Part shown: one piece after another, positions 58,606 through 64,000 of the stretch
Numbering within the stretch: the first letter of the stretch is position 1
Layout: every line of letters begins with the position of its first letter
NCBI GenBank assembly: GCA_963920595.1
Contig: OY986946.1
Location: 8,804,001 to 8,868,000 of the forward strand
Length of the DNA stretch: 64,000 bases
Direction: 5' to 3'
Origin: Eimeria praecox
Taxonomy: Eukaryota
Translations under genes and position numbers: made by a program
The notes under the pieces: model-generated
Database searches by the model: none
Told to the model about the DNA's origin: nothing
What the model saw: only the letters and a program-made list of their open reading frames with translations

Positions 58606-60589
58606 GATAGATGTATATGAAGTGTTATTGTATTTATTAGTTTGATTATATTTGTTGCGGAGTGCTGGTGTTGATCTTCCTGTGTATTTGTCGCTTTACA
58701 TCTCTAACTGCATCTTTCTTTACATCACCTCTCCTTATATATATATGAATATATGTATGTGTATCTGTTGGCTAGTTTTCATTATATATATATATATAGT
58801 TTATTCATTTATGTATTTATTTCTTTTGCATGCAAATAAGACAGAGTTTGATGATCTAAGGCTTCCTATTCTCCTCGTGCGGAGAGAAAATTAGCTGGAG
58901 TTACCGACTGATCAGTCTTATTTATTTATTTTATTTATATATTTTATTTATATATTTTATTTATTTGTTTGTTTATTTTGTTGTGCTTGTTTATGTGTCT
59001 TTTTCTCTTTTACTTGTTTTGTTGTCATTTTATATGAAGCCCTTGTCCTTTTCATTATCATATTTATTATATTTATACTTATTATCTTTATTATGTTTAT
59101 TATGTTTTTTTTTTATTTAGTATTATATTTCTATTTATTGAGGCAGATGAATACGTATTATTTTGTATTCTTTCTTTCCCCTAGTACAGCACTTCATAAA
59201 TATATATAAACAACTAACTCCCTCCATGTATAAACGTATTTTTTAAACATGTTTGATTCTTCCTTTATATTTGTATTTGCCTATATCTAAATTTATGATT
59301 ATCTCTTCGTTGTTTTTATTTTTATTTGTTTTTTCAGGTTAGTGGAGTGGCTACAGCAGTGTCTCGGTCCTCGCGTTCATAGTGTTTCTGTCTCTTCTCG
59401 TCTTGTAGATAATCCCGCTGTCTTAGTACAAGGACAATTAGGCCTTTCTCCTACAATGCAAAGATACATGCAACAGCAAGCAGCAGCACAGGGGTTAACA
59501 GATCAAAAACTCTTTGGGGCTTCTCTCAGTCAACCTATCCTTGAAATCAATCCTTTACATCCTATTATTAAACAATTAGACCTGATGGTGAGTTAATCCA
59601 TAAATAAATACATAAATAAATTGTTTTTATTTATTTATTTATTTATTCTCGTTTCTTTCTCTTCTCTTTATGTCGCATTCTCTCTGTCTCTCTCTGCCTT
59701 TGCTTGTTTCTCTCTGTCTGTCTTCTTCGCTTTCTTTCTCTGTTTTGTTTTGTTGTTGCATGCATAGTAAAGAAGTAAAAGAAGGATGCTCAGGTGTCTG
59801 TACACCTCAGAATTTATAAATTCTTGAGCCTCTTTCTCCTTGTTTTTTGTTTTGTTTGTTTCTGTTTCTGTCTTACATATTTGAATTATTATTTACTTGT
59901 TTATTTATTTATTTATCTGTTTGTTTTTTTCTACTTGTTGTGATTATATTACCAAGTAGTCGATGATTGTTGATAGTAGATAATGAAGCAGCTCTTTGGC
60001 TGCTTTTGACTAAACATAAATAAATGCTGAGACTACAACTATCTGTCTATCTACCTGTATATATATATATATATATATAATATAATTTAATAAATATAAT
60101 TAAACAAATAAAGTATCTATCTATATATATATATGTATATATATGTTATGAGTTGCCTAATGATGGATAACTTGATCGCTTGATATATCTTCTTCTGTAT
60201 AAAACAGAGAAGAGATGAAAGTTTATAGGAAGAGGCTGACGGCAGAAGATGCATAGAATATAATTAATTTAATTTAATTTAATTTAATTTATTATGCTTG
60301 CCTTTGTCTTTTTAATTTAATTATTTTTTCTTAGTTTTGCTCTTGTAGTCTGTTTGTTTCTCTCTGTATGCACTGTTTTCTACCTATTTTGCTCTTGTAG
60401 TCTGTTTGTTTCTCTCTGTATGCACTGTTTTCTACCTATTTTCTACACTATATGCATACATAATAGAGACTGTTTATATTGTCTGTATTATATCAAGTGT
60501 ATCTCTTAAACATCTTATGTATAGTATCCATATATAACCATTATATTTTTATATCTGTATATCTGTCTCTCTCCCGCTCTCTCTCTCCC

Positions 60590-60625
<36 letters not shown>

Positions 60626-60827
60626 GTGTTATTTGTTCTGTCTCTGTTAATTTGTTTAGGTGAAGGCGAATCCATCGAGTGAGTCAGCAAAGACATTATG
60701 TTTAGAGTTATTTGCTGTTGCTGCATTACAAGGAGGATATACACTCGAAGAGCCGGGGGCATTCGCCAAATCTGTTCTTAATCTTCTTTCTAAAGAAGCA
60801 GAGTCCTTCCTTAAAGATAAACAAGCA

Positions 60828-60830
<3 letters not shown>
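54212..60830 (+). CDS. HSP90: Hsp90, organellar and probably apicoplast-targeted; exons 54212-55693, 55858-55972, 56079-56154, 56924-57125, 58010-58518, 59338-59587, 60660-60830
   Basis: FQAEV, SLYTDKDVFLRELISNAADA, IEDDGIGM, NLGTIAQSGT, IGQFGVGFYSAF, LYVRRVFI, GVVDSDDLPLNVGREILQ and ILEINPLHPII. The N-terminus is a signal peptide plus an S/R-rich extension, and there is no MEEVD or xDEL C-terminus. Junctions are phase-consistent. Confidence 0.96.
56357..56451 (+). ncRNA. Box C/D snoRNA A1, SNORD100-like (18S guide)
   Basis: Terminal stem GCTGC/GCAGC, C box GTGATGA, guide GCTCCCTCT-A with D' CTGA, C' TGAGGA, D CTGA. The guide is complementary to conserved 18S AGAGGGAGC. Confidence 0.88.
56538..56648 (+). 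ncRNA. Long box C/D snoRNA B1 (possible mgU6-77/SNORD10-like)
   Basis: C box GGATGA, D' TTGA, internal hairpin, C' CGAGGA, D CTGA and a short terminal stem. Only two differences from copy B2 over about 100 nt. Confidence 0.75.
57337..57427 (+). ncRNA. Box C/D snoRNA C1, snR77/SNORD65-like (18S guide)
   Basis: Terminal stem AGCGGTTTC/GAAGCCGCT, C GTGATGA, 13-nt guide GCTGGAATTACCG complementary to 18S CGGUAAUUCCAGC, then A-CTGA. Confidence 0.92.
57537..57636 (+). ncRNA. Box C/D snoRNA A2, SNORD100-like paralogue
   Basis: Same boxes and guide as A1; terminal stem ATGCTGC/GCAGCAT. Confidence 0.88.
57707..57822 (+). ncRNA. Long box C/D snoRNA B2, paralogue of B1
   Basis: Same boxes as B1; terminal stem TCGTC/GACGA. 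Confidence 0.75.
58834..58923 (+). ncRNA. Box C/D snoRNA C2, diverged snR77/SNORD65-like paralogue
   Basis: Terminal stem AAATAAGAC/GTCTTATTT, C TTGATGA, C'-like TGCGGA shared with C1, guide AGCTGGAGTTACCG (one G-U) then A-CTGA. Confidence 0.88.
59956..60036 (+). ncRNA. Box C/D snoRNA D (LSU rRNA guide candidate)
   Basis: Terminal stem GTAGTC/GACTAC, C CGATGA, guide GATAGTAGATA complementary to LSU UAUCUACUAUC, D' ATGA, hairpin AAGCAGC/GCTGCTT, D CTGA. Confidence 0.78.
60154..60244 (+). ncRNA. Box C/D snoRNA E (LSU rRNA guide candidate)
   Basis: Terminal stem TGCC/GGCA, C ATGATGG, D' TTGA, internal hairpin, C' AGATGA, guide ATAGGAAGAG complementary to LSU CUCUUCCUAU, D CTGA. Confidence 0.8.
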
Positions 60831-60862
<32 letters not shown>

Positions 60863-60913
60863 CTACGGCGTTATACTTAGACATATCGTATCCAGACATA
60901 CAAGAATACATGC

Positions 60914-60959
<46 letters not shown>

Positions 60960-62196
60960 CATGTATAATGTTCTAGTGTATGTACAGATAGGAGGGAATT
61001 CAACTCCTTTTATACAGGCAGATTAATACGTATATATATATATATATAGTATATAGTATATATAGTATATATATTATATACACATATAGATAGATAGATG
61101 TATAGAGATTGTTAACGTTTTCTTATAAGGAGTTGATGTTCTGTTGTTGTATTTTAGTTAACTAAGAACAAACGAAACAAAGAAAAAACAAGAGAATGAT
61201 TGTTTATATTTAATTTTAATTATTTTAGTAGATTATATGAGGGAGTGTGGGGTGTGTACAGACAGCTGAGGTGTATATACACCTCAGCTGTCTGTCTCTG
61301 CTGCTGCATGCATGCACAGCTATCTATTTTCTACTTTTTCTTTTTCTATGAAACTACATTTTAATTTTTTTGTCTTTTTAATTATTTCTCGTACGTTGTT
61401 GTTATATACAATATCATGTTTCTAGATGTGTATATATATATATATATATATCTATATATATATATATATATATTGAACATAGTATACATTCGTAGTAAAT
61501 ATTAAACAAGTAGATAATTAATAGAGTTGAGAAGAAAAATAAAAAAATATTAAAAAATAAATAATATAAATAATACAAATACTATAACAATAGTAAATAC
61601 AACATACTTTATTTATATCTATATATTTATATTTATATTTATATATGCAAGATTGTTGTTTCCTACAACTTTCAGGTGTATGCATATACACCAGGATACG
61701 GCTGCAGGGTCTATAATGCTGTAGCCTTAGCTAGCTAGCTACCTAGTTAAGTAGCTAGCTAGTTAGGTCTGTAGCTAGCTAGCTAGCTAGTTAAGTAGCT
61801 GGCTAGGTAGGTAGCTAGCTAGCTAGCTAGTTAGGTAGCTAGCTAGCTAGCTAGCTGTAGAGGGGAGCTGTCGTTATATTTGTTTATTATTTTATGTAAA
61901 TAATTAAATTAGTAATTTGTTTTTTTCGTGTTCGACAAACAAAACAAGAAAATAAAAATAATATTTTATTAAATCTGTTGGTGTTTAGGATATGGATATT
62001 AATAAAAATATTATTTAATATAATTATATTATTATTATTTATTATTAAAATATTATTATTATTATTATTATTAATTATTATTATTATTGTTGTTGTTATT
62101 ATTTGTATTGTTTTTATTGAACGTTATGAAGAATGATAGTTAAATTACTATCATTATTATTTTTGTTTAATAAAAATTATATATATATATATATCT

Positions 62197-62248
<52 letters not shown>

Positions 62249-62626
62249 TACTTGGTGTCTCCACACTACTTCTTCCCTTGGGGGACTTTCAATGAAATTT
62301 GCCTGAGTTTTAGGGTTTAGGGTTTAGGGTTTAGGGTTTAGGGTTTAAATAATTTTAAATTTATTTATTTATTAATTAAGGTTTAGGGTTTAGGGTCTAG
62401 GGTTTAGGGTTTAGGGTTTAGGGTTTAGGGTTTAGGGTTTAGCGTCGGCAGCAGGCAGTGTTGTACCGCGATGGTTTAGTGTATGTGAGAGGATATAAAT
62501 AAACATTAATTATATAAAATAACAAATAAATATAAAATAAAACATAAAAATAAACTTAAATTTAATTTATTTCAATACAACAACAAAAAAAACAACAATT
62601 TACTCCTGCTGCTGCTGCTGCTGCTA

Positions 62627-62693
<67 letters not shown>

Positions 62694-62895
62694 AGCATTG
62701 TTTATGTTTGTTTTTCTTGTTTTTTTCTTCTTTTTTACTTAATTTTTTGTATTTTCTTTCTTAATTTGTTTATTTAAATTATTTTATTTATTTATTTTAT
62801 ATAATTTAGTATATTATAAGCCAAAAACAAAGCTGCTGCTCTTCTCTCTCTCCCTCTCTCTCTCCCCCCTCTTCCTATCCTTCATCAAACAACAA

Positions 62896-62944
<49 letters not shown>

Positions 62945-63113
62945 AGCAGCAGCAGCAGCATCTTTCTTCCTCTTCAAACATTGTTTTTCTTGTTTTTTTT
63001 ATTTTATAATTATTATAAATATAATTTTTTCAAGGAAGTTGGCTTCATAATCTGTGGTGTACATACACCACAAACAACACACTAAATAAACAATACAATC
63101 TTCTCTCCTTCTA

Positions 63114-63168
<55 letters not shown>

Positions 63169-63249
63169 ATTTATTTATCTTCTCTATTTAATTTTTTTTC
63201 GCTGCTAAAGCTGCTGCTCTTTCTCACGATGAACAGAAGACCTGCTGCA

Positions 63250-63288
<39 letters not shown>

Positions 63289-63640
63289 CCAGCAGCAGGA
63301 CCAGCAGCAGGACCAGCAGCAACAGCAGCAACAGCAAGAGCAGCAAGAGCAGCAGCAGCAGCAGCAAGAGCAGCAGCAAGAACAGCAGCAGCAACAGCAG
63401 CAAGAACAGCAGCAGGCATTCGTGTTGCTGTTCTTCTTCTTGCTGCAGCAGCAGCAACACAATTTTTGTTTGTGTCTTCCTACCCCACAGCAGGTTAAAT
63501 ATATTCAATCTATTATACTGCATTTAGTTTATACTATCGCTATCTCTGTCTCTCTCTCTCTCTGTCTCTCTCTGTCTCTCTCTGTCTCTCTCTGTCTCTC
63601 TCTGTCTCTGTCTCTGTCTTTGTCTCTCTCTCTCTCTCTC

Positions 63641-63704
<64 letters not shown>

Positions 63705-64000
63705 AAGAGAGAACCATACACGCAGACTTCTGCTGTTGCTGCTGCTGTTGCTGCTGTTGCTGCTGGTTGTGCTGTTGTTGCTGCTGCTGCTGCAGTAGGA
63801 CCTCCTCCTCTTCCTCAGCAGCAGCAGCAGCAGCAGCTGCTGCTGCTGCTGCTGCTGCTGTTTCTTTCTGTATTTGTTTTAAATCTAACTATCGTGGGTT
63901 TGTCTGTTTAATGCTTCAGGATACATCGGAGGCGGAGCATACACTGCAGCGCAGCAGCAGCAGCAGCAGCAGCTGCAGCAGCAGCAGCTGCTGCAGCAGC

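Noticed and set aside
60335..60438. 52-bp tandem duplication in Hsp90 intron 6
   Set aside because: No C/D or H/ACA boxes; appears to be a neutral local duplication.
62245..64000. Possible small exons of a gene at the right edge (e.g. minus-strand ANFIESPPREEVVWRHQ)
   Set aside because: No phase-consistent model or recognisable motif could be built within the window.

Overview
Eukaryotic, intron-rich, very low-complexity DNA with the Eimeria (coccidian apicomplexan) signature: CAG/CTG trinucleotide runs, interstitial AAACCCT telomere-like arrays and TGCATGCA palindromes. Most entries in the ORF track are repeat artefacts. Manual splicing with phase checks gives these genes: a LanC-like protein (-, runs off the left edge), two low-complexity hypothetical genes, a roughly 11-exon signal-peptide hypothetical gene, PAN3 (-), a fasciclin/FAS1 protein (+), eIF1A (-) and an apicoplast-type Hsp90 (+). 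There are two identical U6 snRNA genes 1051 bp apart with a shared TATA-less upstream element. The main result is that introns 3-6 of the Hsp90 gene hold eight box C/D snoRNA candidates of five families, several per intron, including a duplicated two-snoRNA cassette. The candidates include SNORD100-like and snR77/SNORD65-like 18S guides, two LSU guides and a possible U6-C77 guide. rRNA and snRNA target matches rest on recalled conserved sequences; no searches were run.
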